Positions 9,994 to 19,158 of a stretch of 64,000 nt of DNA are shown piece after piece; position 1 is the first letter of the stretch; the number at the start of each line of letters is the position of its first letter. The translations under genes and the position numbers were made by a program. The stretch spans positions 544,001 through 608,000 of the forward strand of contig CAVVYR010000006.1 of assembly GCA_963752475.1 (NCBI GenBank). Reading direction: 5' to 3'. A model generated the notes under the pieces. It did not search any database. It saw only the letters and a list, made by a program, of their open reading frames with translations, and was not told the DNA's origin. The stretch is from an uncultured Chloroflexia bacterium (GTDB lineage: Bacteria > Chloroflexota > Limnocylindria > Limnocylindrales > CSP1-4).

Positions 9994-11085
9994 ATGACGA
10001 TGCAGGGCGGCGCCAACATCCTCGACGACCTTGCGGCCATGGGCCGGGCGGACAGCGAAGGCATGCTCGGCCACGTCGCGGGCCTGGCGGACCAGGTCGC
10101 CGAAGGCTGGCGCATCTCGCGGCGGCTCGAGCTGCCGTGGACGGCCCCGCGCTCGGTGGCGCTGTTGGGCATGGGTGGCTCGGCCATCGGTGGCGAGCTG
10201 GTCAAGGCCGTCTGGGCGGACCGCATCAGCGTGCCCGTCGAGATCCTGCGTGGCTATGAGCTGCCGGCCTGGGTCGGCCCGGAGACGATGGTGATCGCGA
10301 GCTCCAAGTCCGGCGATACCGAGGAGTCGCTGCGCCAATTGGAGACCGCCCTGTCCCGGCGCTGCCCGGTGGTCTGCGTCAGCACCGGCGGAGCCCTGCG
10401 GCGCGTGGCCGAGGCCGCGCGCCTGCCCCTCGTGACCTTCCCCGATGGCGCCTCGCCGCGGGCCTCGCTGGGCTGGTCGCTGGCCATCGTGGCCGGCATC
10501 CTCGAGCGCGCCGGCGTGCTGGAGCTGGACGATGCCGAGATCGATGCGGCTGTCGCCGCGACACGCGAGATGGGTGGTCGTTGCGAGCCCGACGTGAGCA
10601 CGGCCGAGAACCCCGCCAAGCAGTTGGCCTGGTCGCTCGTGGACCGCTTGGTGCTCATCGGCGCGGCCGGGTTCATGGCGCCGGTGGCGCGGCGCTGGAA
10701 GCAGCAGCTTAATGAGAACAGCAAGGCCACCGCGATGTTCGACGAGTTGCCGGAGGCTACGCACAACACCGTCGTCGGCCTGGAGCAACCCGAGTCACTA
10801 CGTGATCACCTCGCGGTGGTGCTCCTCAGCAGCGGGTCGGACCACCCGCGCAACGCGCTGCGGGCACAGCTCCTGGGTGACGTCATGGACACGGGGCTGA
10901 TCTGGCATACGACCGCCGAGGCCATCGGCGAGAGCCGCCTGAGCCAAGCCCTGAGCACCGTCGTGCTGGGCGACTACGTGAGCGTGTATCTCGCCTTCAT
11001 GTATGCCGTAGACCCGTCGCCGGTGGCGGCCATCGAACACATCAAGGGGCAGCTCGCGCTGGCCGATCAGGCTGGTTCCGAGTAG
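9994..11085 (+). CDS. Bifunctional phosphoglucose/phosphomannose isomerase (SIS family)
   Basis: GMGGSAIGG, SKSGDTEE, NPAKQLA, RWKQQLNENSK and PEATHN. Confidence 0.92.
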   Translation: MTMQGGANILDDLAAMGRADSEGMLGHVAGLADQVAEGWRISRRLELPWTAPRSVALLGMGGSAIGGELVKAVWADRISVPVEILRGYELPAWVGPETMVIASSKSGDTEESLRQLETALSRRCPVVCVSTGGALRRVAEAARLPLVTFPDGASPRASLGWSLAIVAGILERAGVLELDDAEIDAAVAATREMGGRCEPDVSTAENPAKQLAWSLVDRLVLIGAAGFMAPVARRWKQQLNENSKATAMFDELPEATHNTVVGLEQPESLRDHLAVVLLSSGSDHPRNALRAQLLGDVMDTGLIWHTTAEAIGESRLSQALSTVVLGDYVSVYLAFMYAVDPSPVAAIEHIKGQLALADQAGSE

Positions 11086-11229
11086 ACCTTCGGCCCCTGT
11101 CGCTTCTTGGTGGAGTCGCTAGTCTAGGGAGCAGGGATCGACGCTGGTCAAGCAGGCCGCCTCAGGCCTGACGCGGCGTCGCGAAGAAGCTCGTCGAGGC
11201 GGACAGCGGCGGGCAGGAGGTTGGGATCG

Positions 11230-11517
11230 ATGCACTCGAGCGTCATCGGCAAGATCGAGAAGGCCCATCGTTACGCGCGTGAGCGGGACCGCATCACGGT
11301 GGAGCGCCTGGCAGTCACGTTCGCGGGGGATAACGACTCGCACCACCTGACTCTCGAAGCCGATGGCTGGCAGTGCAACTGCCACTACTTCGAGTCCCAG
11401 AAGACCTGCGCCCACATCGCAGCCATGCAGGAGATCCTGGGCGTGATGCTGCCCGAGGAGCGCCAGACGTCGCTCTTCCCGGAGTCCGAGCAGGTGCCGG
11501 AGGCCGCCGGCGCCTAG
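11230..11517 (+). CDS. Small SWIM-type zinc-finger protein
   Basis: CNC-x8-CAH motif; AGGAGG RBS before ATG 11230. Confidence 0.75.
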   Translation: MHSSVIGKIEKAHRYARERDRITVERLAVTFAGDNDSHHLTLEADGWQCNCHYFESQKTCAHIAAMQEILGVMLPEERQTSLFPESEQVPEAAGA

Positions 11518-11551
11518 AGGCGCAGACGACCCCGCGGCACCAGCCTGCGCG

Positions 11552-12409
11552 CTACTCAGCCACGATGCGGAACAGATACCACTGCCAACCGCGCTCGCGG
11601 TCGTAGTCCGCACGTAGCTCCAGCAGCCACTCGCCGGCTTCGTCCGGCTCGAGGCCCGTCAGCACCGCTCTGTCTGCGGGCTGATCGAACGTGGCCTCCG
11701 CGAAGCGCGTTTCGGAGCCCGTGCCCGACCTTGGTTCCAGACGTCCTTCCCAACCGATCATGGCCGAGCCGTCGTCCAGACCCAGCGCGACGGGCTCGCC
11801 GACGGTGACGATCAGTGGCTCCAGTGTCGTCGCCGGCGGTCGGAAGCCGACCTCCTGACACATGTCGACGTAGCAACCATGTCCGCGCACGCCCATCACA
11901 GCCCCCGATGCGGCCGTGATGCCGGCCTCTACCGGCGGCATCGACAGCAGCGTCTCGATGCCGGCGGGGCGGTCGGGGACTTCGAGGAGCCAGGCGTACT
12001 CGTCGTGCCGTCCCTCGTCACTCACGACGGTGGCTAGCACGAGGTGCTCACCCGGCATCTCCGGGGCGGTCACCCAGCGTCCCTCCACGACTGGCAGCTC
12101 GACGGCCGCACCCCCTTCGATGGGGGTCGCCTGGAGCGTCAGCGACGCGGTCGCGTCGAGCGGTGGCTCCACTACCACTTCCATCGTCGCCTCGCGCTGC
12201 CACGTATCGAGCGCACGGCCATCCGGGGCCGCCGTCGCCGGCATCTCCGGATCGGTTCCTGCGACGGTGCCGAAGGGTCCGCGGAGCGCGACCGACACGG
12301 TCGTGTCCTCCGGCGCGGCTGCATCTGCGGCCGGTTCGTCGGCGGCCATGGCCATCGGCAAGCCGATGGCCATGGAAAGTGCGATCACGAGGCTCGCACG
12401 AGTCGTCAC
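11552..12409 (-). CDS. Putative secreted acidic protein
   Basis: Signal-peptide-like N-terminus; GTGA overlap with the upstream gene. Confidence 0.7.
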   Translation of the reverse strand: MTTRASLVIALSMAIGLPMAMAADEPAADAAAPEDTTVSVALRGPFGTVAGTDPEMPATAAPDGRALDTWQREATMEVVVEPPLDATASLTLQATPIEGGAAVELPVVEGRWVTAPEMPGEHLVLATVVSDEGRHDEYAWLLEVPDRPAGIETLLSMPPVEAGITAASGAVMGVRGHGCYVDMCQEVGFRPPATTLEPLIVTVGEPVALGLDDGSAMIGWEGRLEPRSGTGSETRFAEATFDQPADRAVLTGLEPDEAGEWLLELRADYDRERGWQWYLFRIVAE

Positions 12410-13929
12410 TTCGTCACCTTCACCCTTCTGACCGGCGAGCGGCTGTAGCGCAGGCCCTCATCGCCGGGCTTGGGGAAGACCGCCTTGAACTCCCAGGTCG
12501 CGCCCGGCCTGAGCGTGGCCTCGTAGCGGCCCTGCTGGTAGAGCGAACGCATCCAGATGGTCTTCCAGGCGGTGTTGCTACCGGCCCGGCGATACTTCAG
12601 CTGGAGCGAGCGGCCGTTGAGCGGGTTGGTCGAGAGCTGCCGATAGGCACTGTTGCCCGCGACCTTGAGGGTGGCCGTGAGCTTCACGGCCTGGCCCCTC
12701 CTGATCGTATAGCGGCTAGCCGTGAGCGCGAGGTTGGTGGCGACGTTGTTGCAGGTAGAGATGTCCGTCTTGTTGTCGGGTGTGTCGTACAGCTCCTGGA
12801 GAGTGGCCACGTCGCAGCGACCGAATGCGTGGCGGCTGGCGCCGGCGGCCGGGCGGGCCGGCGTGATGCCCTGCATGACCGAGTCGCCCGTGGATAGGGT
12901 GAAGCCGGACGCAGAGGGGTGATTCAAGCCCGCGATGTGGCCGAGCTCGTGAAGCATCACGCGCCGGACGTCGAAGCAACCGCTTGCCGCGCCGGTCTTC
13001 TGACACCAGCGCAGCGTGCCCCACGGTAGGTCCGTGCCGTGCGGGCGGATCCAGACGCCCCAATACGAGGGCATGCTGCGTGCGGCACAGGCGATGGCAT
13101 TGACTCCACAGAAGCCGGGCAGCGATCCGGTGTAGGCCACGAGGTTGGCGCCGCTGCTGCTGTAGACGAAGTCCGGACTGCGGGATCCCGAGGACTGAGA
13201 GGCATCCGCCGCGCCGGACTTGAGCGGGCTTCTGGCCCATGCGGGCGGGGTGGCATCGGCCTTCCAGCGGAAGGTCAGCTTCTTGTCCTTGGGCCAGGCG
13301 CCGGCCGCGAAGTTCGGCGTGGGCCGAGCGGCCCCAGCCGGCTGCAGGGCGACGGTGGTCAGTGCGCCATCCGAGGGCACGCAGGCGTCCGTGCATGGCT
13401 CGTCGACGGTCGCCTGCGGAGCCCCGCTCTCGGGGTCCAGCACGTGTGTGCCCTCGTAGCGCCGGGAGTCGCGGTCGTGGATGGTGAGGCGGAGCTTGCC
13501 GGTGGTGGCGTCCTGTTGCGGATACAGGAGCCGCTTCAGTTGCCGCGTCCAGACCCGACAGGCCCGCCTGATGTCGATCATGTCCAAGCGTGTGCCTGCG
13601 TCGCTCCGCTCACCGATGAGCAGCCGATGTGAGCCCGCTGCCACCGAGAACCCGCGGGGCCCCGTGCGCAGTCGGTGCTCCTTGCCGTCGTGCTGCAGTG
13701 TCAGGCGGTAGCCCGTCACGACGCCCTCATCATCGAGCGCCGCAGCGAACGGTGAGGCGACCTCACCGTCACGAACGGCGTTACCTCTCAGGCTCTGGCA
13801 GCTTGGCAGCGTGGAGGCGTCGTCTGCTGTGGCGGCAGCGGCGGCGCCCGGTAGCGTACTCACCATCAACGTGGTTCCGAGCACGATCGTGGTGATGTGG
13901 CGGGTTCTGACATGGTGCGGTCCTCGCAT
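12406..13929 (-). CDS. Secreted metzincin (matrixin-like) zinc metalloprotease
   Basis: HELGHIAGLNH zinc motif with downstream SVM Met-turn; signal peptide; GGAGG upstream of ATG 13929. Confidence 0.78.
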   Translation of the reverse strand: MRGPHHVRTRHITTIVLGTTLMVSTLPGAAAAATADDASTLPSCQSLRGNAVRDGEVASPFAAALDDEGVVTGYRLTLQHDGKEHRLRTGPRGFSVAAGSHRLLIGERSDAGTRLDMIDIRRACRVWTRQLKRLLYPQQDATTGKLRLTIHDRDSRRYEGTHVLDPESGAPQATVDEPCTDACVPSDGALTTVALQPAGAARPTPNFAAGAWPKDKKLTFRWKADATPPAWARSPLKSGAADASQSSGSRSPDFVYSSSGANLVAYTGSLPGFCGVNAIACAARSMPSYWGVWIRPHGTDLPWGTLRWCQKTGAASGCFDVRRVMLHELGHIAGLNHPSASGFTLSTGDSVMQGITPARPAAGASRHAFGRCDVATLQELYDTPDNKTDISTCNNVATNLALTASRYTIRRGQAVKLTATLKVAGNSAYRQLSTNPLNGRSLQLKYRRAGSNTAWKTIWMRSLYQQGRYEATLRPGATWEFKAVFPKPGDEGLRYSRSPVRRVKVTK

Positions 13930-14091
13930 GGACAGCCCTTCCTCCGGCGGATGGTCCCGGCGGCCGAGGCGGTCCTCCGTATCGTGGACGACAGCACTTA
14001 CGTGCCACTTATCAGGGCTCCAGGTGCCACTTGGTCGCGTTCTGCCCCTGACCGCCGCTGTAGACTCGCGGGACACAACCGAACAGCGGGA

Positions 14092-14210
14092 TCCGGGGTA
14101 CGCGAAGTCGGGGAGGATCCGACGCAGTCCCGCTACGGTGATCAGCTTCGAGCTGTCAGTCCGGACGCCGTGCCTCGAGATCGTGCGCCAGCCCTTCGAG
14201 CGAAAGGGGA
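14092..14210 (+). promoter_or_regulatory. Cobalamin riboswitch (compact, class II-like)
   Basis: GAAGTCGG-GGAGGAT-CCGAC, CCCGCTACGGTGA, GTCCGGA..GTGCC core, closing stem CGGGGTACG/CGTGCCTCG and an RBS-containing hairpin CCCTTCGAGCGAAAGGG; TAGACT -10 upstream; precedes a Btu-like ABC operon. Confidence 0.85.
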
Positions 14211-14215
14211 AGCAC

Positions 14216-15199
14216 GTGAACACATCTATCGTCGCGAGGGCCCTCGGCATACCAACCAGGGCCGTTCTGTTTGCCCTCACGCCTGCCGCGTTGCTCGCGG
14301 CCACGGCCCTTCCGGCCGCTGCAGACGACACCTTCCCGATCACGGTCACCGATGACGAGGGCACCGAGGTCAGCATCGAGGCCATGCCGGAGCGCATCGT
14401 CAGCCTCGCACCCTCCACGACCGAGACGATCTTCGCGCTCGGCGCCGGCGACCGCCTCGTGGGTGGGACCGACTACGACGACCATCCCGCGGAGGCCGCC
14501 GACCTCACCGACGTGGCCACCTACACCGGCGTGATCATGGAGCAGGTCGTGGCCCTCGAGCCGGATCTCGTCCTCGCCGCGGGCAACTTCTTCACCCCGC
14601 CGGACGACATCGCCAAGATGCGTGAGCTGGGCTATACCGTAGCCGTGCTGTACGCCCCCGACGTCGACACCGTGATGTCGGACATCGAGCTGATCGGCAC
14701 CGTCATCGGCGCTTCCGACGAAGCCCTGGCCATGACTGCCGAGTTGACGGCACAGATGGACGCCATCGCCGAGGAAGCGGCCGCCGTGGGCACGACCCCG
14801 ACCGTCTTCTACGAGCTCGGCGCGGAGCCGGAGATCTACGCCCCTGCGCCCGACTCCTTCCTGGCCGACATGATCGTCCGTGCCGGCGGCGCGCCCATCA
14901 CCACGGGCGATCCGGCGCTGTGGTCGATCCCGCTCGAGGAGCTGGTCGTGGCCGACCCCGAGGTCATCGTCCTGGGTGATGCCAACTACGGGACCTGTCC
15001 CGATGCTGTCGCCGCACGTGCCGGCTGGGAAGGGATGACCGCGGTCGTCAACGGCGACGTCCGGCCGGTCGACGACGTGCCCATCACGCGGCCCGGTCCG
15101 CGCCTGGCCCAGGGTCTGGCCTCGCTCGCCCGCGCCATCCACCCAGAGCTCGAACTGGCTGACTTCCCGGACGACCCGCCGATGTGTGAGGCCGCCTGA
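14216..15199 (+). CDS. Cobalamin ABC transporter substrate-binding protein (BtuF-like)
   Basis: FPITVTDDEG, PERIVSLAPSTTE, EPDLV and RPGPRL; downstream of the riboswitch. Confidence 0.9.
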   Translation: MNTSIVARALGIPTRAVLFALTPAALLAATALPAAADDTFPITVTDDEGTEVSIEAMPERIVSLAPSTTETIFALGAGDRLVGGTDYDDHPAEAADLTDVATYTGVIMEQVVALEPDLVLAAGNFFTPPDDIAKMRELGYTVAVLYAPDVDTVMSDIELIGTVIGASDEALAMTAELTAQMDAIAEEAAAVGTTPTVFYELGAEPEIYAPAPDSFLADMIVRAGGAPITTGDPALWSIPLEELVVADPEVIVLGDANYGTCPDAVAARAGWEGMTAVVNGDVRPVDDVPITRPGPRLAQGLASLARAIHPELELADFPDDPPMCEAA

Positions 15200-15201
15200 C
15201 C

Positions 15202-16281
15202 ATGACCAGCTCGGACCTCGCGCAACCGCGCGCACAGGTCCACCACGGCTCCTTCGAGGCCCTGCGACGGCGACCCGTCATGCTGGGCCTCGCGGGGCTG
15301 ATGGCGTTGGTGCTCGCCTGCGTGGCCGGCGTCGCGTTGGGCACCGTCTCGGTGCCCGTGACCGAGACCGTCGCCATCCTGGCTCATCGCCTGGGTTGGC
15401 CGATGGAGCAGACCTGGGCCGATTCTTCAGAGACGATCGTCTTCACCTTGCGTCTGCCGCGGGTGCTGACCGCGCTCGTGGTCGGCCTCGGTCTCTCGGT
15501 CGCGGGCGTGACCTACCAGGGGCTGCTGCGCAACCCGCTCGCTGACCCGTACGTCCTGGGCACGGCCAGCGGCGCCGCCCTCGGCGCTGCCATCGGCGTG
15601 CTGCTGCCGATCCAGATCGCCTGGCTCGGCCTTGGCCTCGTCAACATCCTCGCCTTCGTCGGGGCGCTCCTGGCCATCTCCATCGTCTACCGCATCGCTG
15701 GCGGTGGCGGCCGCTCCACCATGACCTCGATCCTGCTTACCGGCTATGCCGTGGGCTCGATGCTCGCGGCCGGCCTGTCGCTCGCGATGTACCTCTCGGG
15801 CGCTCGGCTGCAGCAGATCTTCTACTACCTCCTTGGCAGCCTCAACGGCGCGGACTGGCAGAGCCTCGCGCTGGGCCTGCCGGTCGTGGCCGTGGGCACC
15901 GTCCTCATCCTCATGCGCGCACGCTCCATCAATGGCCTGCTCCTGGGCGAGGACACCGCGCTCCATCTCGGCGTCGACGTACGCCGCGAGCGGGCCATCC
16001 TGCTGGGCCTGGCCTCGCTGGTCACCGCTGCCGCGGTCGCTCTCGCCGGCCTCATCGGCTTCGTCGGACTGGTCATCCCACACATCGTGCGCCTCGTGGT
16101 CGGGCCCAACGCCCGCCTGGTGCTGCCGCTCTCGGCCATCTGGGGCGCGGCCTTCCTCGTCGTCGCCGATCTCGGTGCCCGCCTGGTGGGCAACCTGCCG
16201 GTCGGCATCATCACGGCCATGATCGGCGCGCCCGTCTTCGTCTACCTGCTGCGCCGCTATCGGACGGCCTACCAGCTGTGA
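15202..16281 (+). CDS. FecCD/BtuC-family ABC permease
   Basis: LRLPRVL, RNPLADPYVLG and IGFVGLVIPH. Confidence 0.93.
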   Translation: MTSSDLAQPRAQVHHGSFEALRRRPVMLGLAGLMALVLACVAGVALGTVSVPVTETVAILAHRLGWPMEQTWADSSETIVFTLRLPRVLTALVVGLGLSVAGVTYQGLLRNPLADPYVLGTASGAALGAAIGVLLPIQIAWLGLGLVNILAFVGALLAISIVYRIAGGGGRSTMTSILLTGYAVGSMLAAGLSLAMYLSGARLQQIFYYLLGSLNGADWQSLALGLPVVAVGTVLILMRARSINGLLLGEDTALHLGVDVRRERAILLGLASLVTAAAVALAGLIGFVGLVIPHIVRLVVGPNARLVLPLSAIWGAAFLVVADLGARLVGNLPVGIITAMIGAPVFVYLLRRYRTAYQL

Positions 16282-17033
16282 GCGGACGGGGCTTGCGGGT
16301 CGACATCGACGGGCTCGAGCTGCGCTACGACGAGGCGCTCATCCTGGCCGACATCGACCTGCACATCGAACCCGGGGAGCGTCTCTGTCTCGTCGGGCCC
16401 AACGGCGCAGGCAAGTCGAGCCTGCTGCGCTGCCTCACCGGCCTGGCCGATCCGACCGAAGGCCTCGTGCGGTTGGATGAGGTGCCGTTGGCCGAGATCG
16501 AGCGCTCGAAGCTGGCGCAGACGATCTCGGTCGTGCCCAGCCAGGTGGACCTGCCGTTCTCGATGCCGGTCGAGGACGTGGTCAAGCTGGGTCGCATCCC
16601 GCACGAGAACCCGTTCACCGGTCAGACCGACGAGGACCGGGCGGCGGCCGACGCCGCCATCCGGCGCGTGGGCATCGAGAGACTTCGCGGACGCGACGTG
16701 CGCTCGCTCTCGATGGGTGAGAAGCAACTGGTGCTGGTGGCCATGGCCGTGGCCCAGGGCGGCCGCCTCATCGTGCTCGACGAGCCCACCGTCCACCTCG
16801 ACCTGCGTCACCAGGTGGAGGTGCTTCAGCTCATCGAGGGCCTGGCCGATGATGGGCTGACGGTCCTGGCCGTGCTGCATGACCTGCCCCTGGCGGCGCA
16901 CTTCTTCCCGCGTCTGGTGCTGCTCGATGAGGGCCGCATCGTGGCCGACGGCTCATCCGCCGAGGTGCTGTCACCAGACCGCATCCGCGAGGTCTACCAG
17001 GTCGATCCCCGCTTCGTGCCCGCGCTGACCTAG
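16278..17033 (+). CDS. ABC ATP-binding protein (BtuD/FepC-like)
   Basis: GPNGAGKS, LSMGEKQ, LDEPT and LHDL. Confidence 0.93.
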   Translation: MSGRGLRVDIDGLELRYDEALILADIDLHIEPGERLCLVGPNGAGKSSLLRCLTGLADPTEGLVRLDEVPLAEIERSKLAQTISVVPSQVDLPFSMPVEDVVKLGRIPHENPFTGQTDEDRAAADAAIRRVGIERLRGRDVRSLSMGEKQLVLVAMAVAQGGRLIVLDEPTVHLDLRHQVEVLQLIEGLADDGLTVLAVLHDLPLAAHFFPRLVLLDEGRIVADGSSAEVLSPDRIREVYQVDPRFVPALT

Positions 17034-17425
17034 ATCGGGTCGCCGTAGCCGAGGACCTTCACGCCGAAGGGCTCGAAGTCACGCGGGTTGCGGGTCACCA
17101 CGGTCGCATCCATGCGCCACGCGACCGCGGCGATGAGGGAGTCACCCAGCGGGCTTCGCCGACCCGCAGCGCGGAGCTTGCGACGTCGGTCGCCGGCCCA
17201 GCGGGCTCCGTCCGGATCGAGGGCCAGGTACTCCAGGGCGCCGAGGAACCGACCGATCGACTGTCGTTCCTGGTGGGAGCCTCCGGCCAGTGCCTCACTC
17301 GTGGTGATGTCGCAGCTGAATAGCTCGCCGGTCTCGGCGAACAGGCGAGCGACCATCGCGACGCCGTCGCTGCGTCCGGTGGCGTGGTCGATGACGAGCG
17401 TCGTGTCGAGGAGATAGCCGCTCAA
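17030..17425 (-). CDS. VapC-family PIN-domain toxin
   Basis: YLLDT, conserved Glu, DSLIAA and TRNPRDF. Confidence 0.88.
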   Translation of the reverse strand: MSGYLLDTTLVIDHATGRSDGVAMVARLFAETGELFSCDITTSEALAGGSHQERQSIGRFLGALEYLALDPDGARWAGDRRRKLRAAGRRSPLGDSLIAAVAWRMDATVVTRNPRDFEPFGVKVLGYGDPI

Positions 17426-17664
17426 CGCTCGCCCTCCTCGCGTAGCTCGCGGACCCAGCGGTAGGTGGCCTCCGCGGTCGGCCAGGTCTTGGAGTCCGTG
17501 ATCGCGCCACGCGTCTCCTCGATGACGCGGCCGAGGTTCTCCCTACGGGCACGGGCCTGAACGGCATCGACGATCCAGGCGCTGCGGCCTCCCTCGCCGG
17601 CGAACTCGTCTACCCGCTCGAGCAACTCCTCGGGCAGCGTGATCGTGGTCCGAACCATGGCCAT
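17422..17664 (-). CDS. RHH/CopG-type antitoxin (VapB-like)
   Basis: RTTITLPEELLERVD ribbon-helix-helix signature; overlaps the PIN gene by 4 nt. Confidence 0.83.
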   Translation of the reverse strand: MAMVRTTITLPEELLERVDEFAGEGGRSAWIVDAVQARARRENLGRVIEETRGAITDSKTWPTAEATYRWVRELREEGER

Positions 17665-17673
17665 CGGTTCTCC

Positions 17674-17706
17674 AGTATGCGACCGAGTATGCAGCCGCAT
17701 CATACT
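17674..17706. promoter_or_regulatory. Putative vapBC autorepression operator
   Basis: AGTATGC direct repeat (17674 and 17686) plus inverted CATACT (17701) immediately upstream of the antitoxin. Confidence 0.55.
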
Positions 17707-17807
17707 CCTGCCAGCTCCTGGTGGCTTGCCGCCCGGCGGGCGAACGCGACGAGCTGGCCATCAGGGATGAGCCCGCTGTGACCGCGGGGCGCTCCCGAGC
17801 TGGAGCG

Positions 17808-19001
17808 CTACTCGCGCTTGCGGGGCGGGTCGAAGAAGGGCAACTCCACGACCTCCGCGCCGATGCTGCCCCGCACTCCTTCGACGGACCACTCCATCTC
17901 GAGCTCGGTGCCGATCTCGGCCGATGCTGCTTTGACCGTGCCGATGGCCAGGTTCTTCTTCAACACCAGGCTCCACGAGCCGCTGGTCGCACGTCCGACC
18001 TGCTCGCCGAAGTCGTAGATCGGGATCTCATCGCGCCAGGCGTTGGCCGAGAGCGCAGGCGACAGCCCCTGCTTCGCATACAGCCGCTCGAGGTCCGCCC
18101 AGTCGAGGTCCAGCCCGACGAGCCGCCGTGGCGGACCGCCGGCTTCGGCCTCTCTGCGCAGCGCGGCCTGGCCCACGAAGGGCACCTCCTTGTCGAGCTT
18201 GACGAGGCCACCGAGGCCCAGTTCGAAGGGGGAGTAGCTCTGCTCCGGGGTCAGCGCATGGTGGACCGAGGTGTAGTCGACGCCGGCCATGATGAGCCCG
18301 GCCTCGACGCGCACGACGTCGAGCGCGAGGATGCCGGCGGGCCGGATGGCGTAGGCCGTGCCGGTCTCCATGAGCGCGTCCCAAACAGCCGTCGCACCCT
18401 CCACCGGGATCCACAGCTCGTAGCCGAGGTCGCCGGTGTAGCCGGTGCGGCTCACGTCGATGGTGACGCCCGCGATCTCCAACTCCCGGCGCCCGAAGTA
18501 GCGCAGATCGCTGAGATCGGTCTGTGCTGTCGACTGGAGCACCTCCCGTGCCAGCGGGCCCTGCAGCGCCAGCGCGCCGAGCGCGTCGGTCACGTCTTCG
18601 ATCTCGACGTCGAGGCCGCGCGAATTGAGCCTGAGCCAGCGGTACTGACCCTCCGCCGCGGTCCAGAACCACGAGGCGTCGTCCATGCGCATGAGCGTGC
18701 CGTCGTCGATGACGCGACCCTGGCTGTCACACCACGGGGTGTAGATGACCCGGCCCGGCTTGACTCCTGCGGCCGAGCGCGTGATGACGCGATCGACAAG
18801 GCGGTCGGCATCGGGGCCGGACAAGCGGTACTTGAAGAGGGGTGAGACATCGATGAGCGCGGCCGCATTGCGGATGGCGTTGTATTCGATGTCGATATGC
18901 GGCGCATACGCGCTCGAGCTGAACACCCCCGACCATTCACGCCACTGTCGCCGGACGTTCAGCTCGAGGGCTCGCTCGTCAAAGGCTGATCCGACTGACA
19001 T
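17808..19001 (-). CDS. GcvT-family folate-dependent aminomethyltransferase/demethylase
   Basis: EYNAIR..AALIDVS, SRTGYTGDLGYE, RVEAG and PFFDP. Confidence 0.88.
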   Translation of the reverse strand: MSVGSAFDERALELNVRRQWREWSGVFSSSAYAPHIDIEYNAIRNAAALIDVSPLFKYRLSGPDADRLVDRVITRSAAGVKPGRVIYTPWCDSQGRVIDDGTLMRMDDASWFWTAAEGQYRWLRLNSRGLDVEIEDVTDALGALALQGPLAREVLQSTAQTDLSDLRYFGRRELEIAGVTIDVSRTGYTGDLGYELWIPVEGATAVWDALMETGTAYAIRPAGILALDVVRVEAGLIMAGVDYTSVHHALTPEQSYSPFELGLGGLVKLDKEVPFVGQAALRREAEAGGPPRRLVGLDLDWADLERLYAKQGLSPALSANAWRDEIPIYDFGEQVGRATSGSWSLVLKKNLAIGTVKAASAEIGTELEMEWSVEGVRGSIGAEVVELPFFDPPRKRE

Positions 19002-19158
19002 GGACAGAGTCTAGGCCGCCCGAAGCGCGCGGATGCGACCGACCCGCAACCCGGCTGGGCGGGTAGCATGAGGCCAAGTCCGGCGACACCTCCCTGTCGT
19101 CGAGGGCGCGTGGGGGACCCGGCCGCCAGGCCGGTGAGACGCGCCGAGCGAGGAGAAC

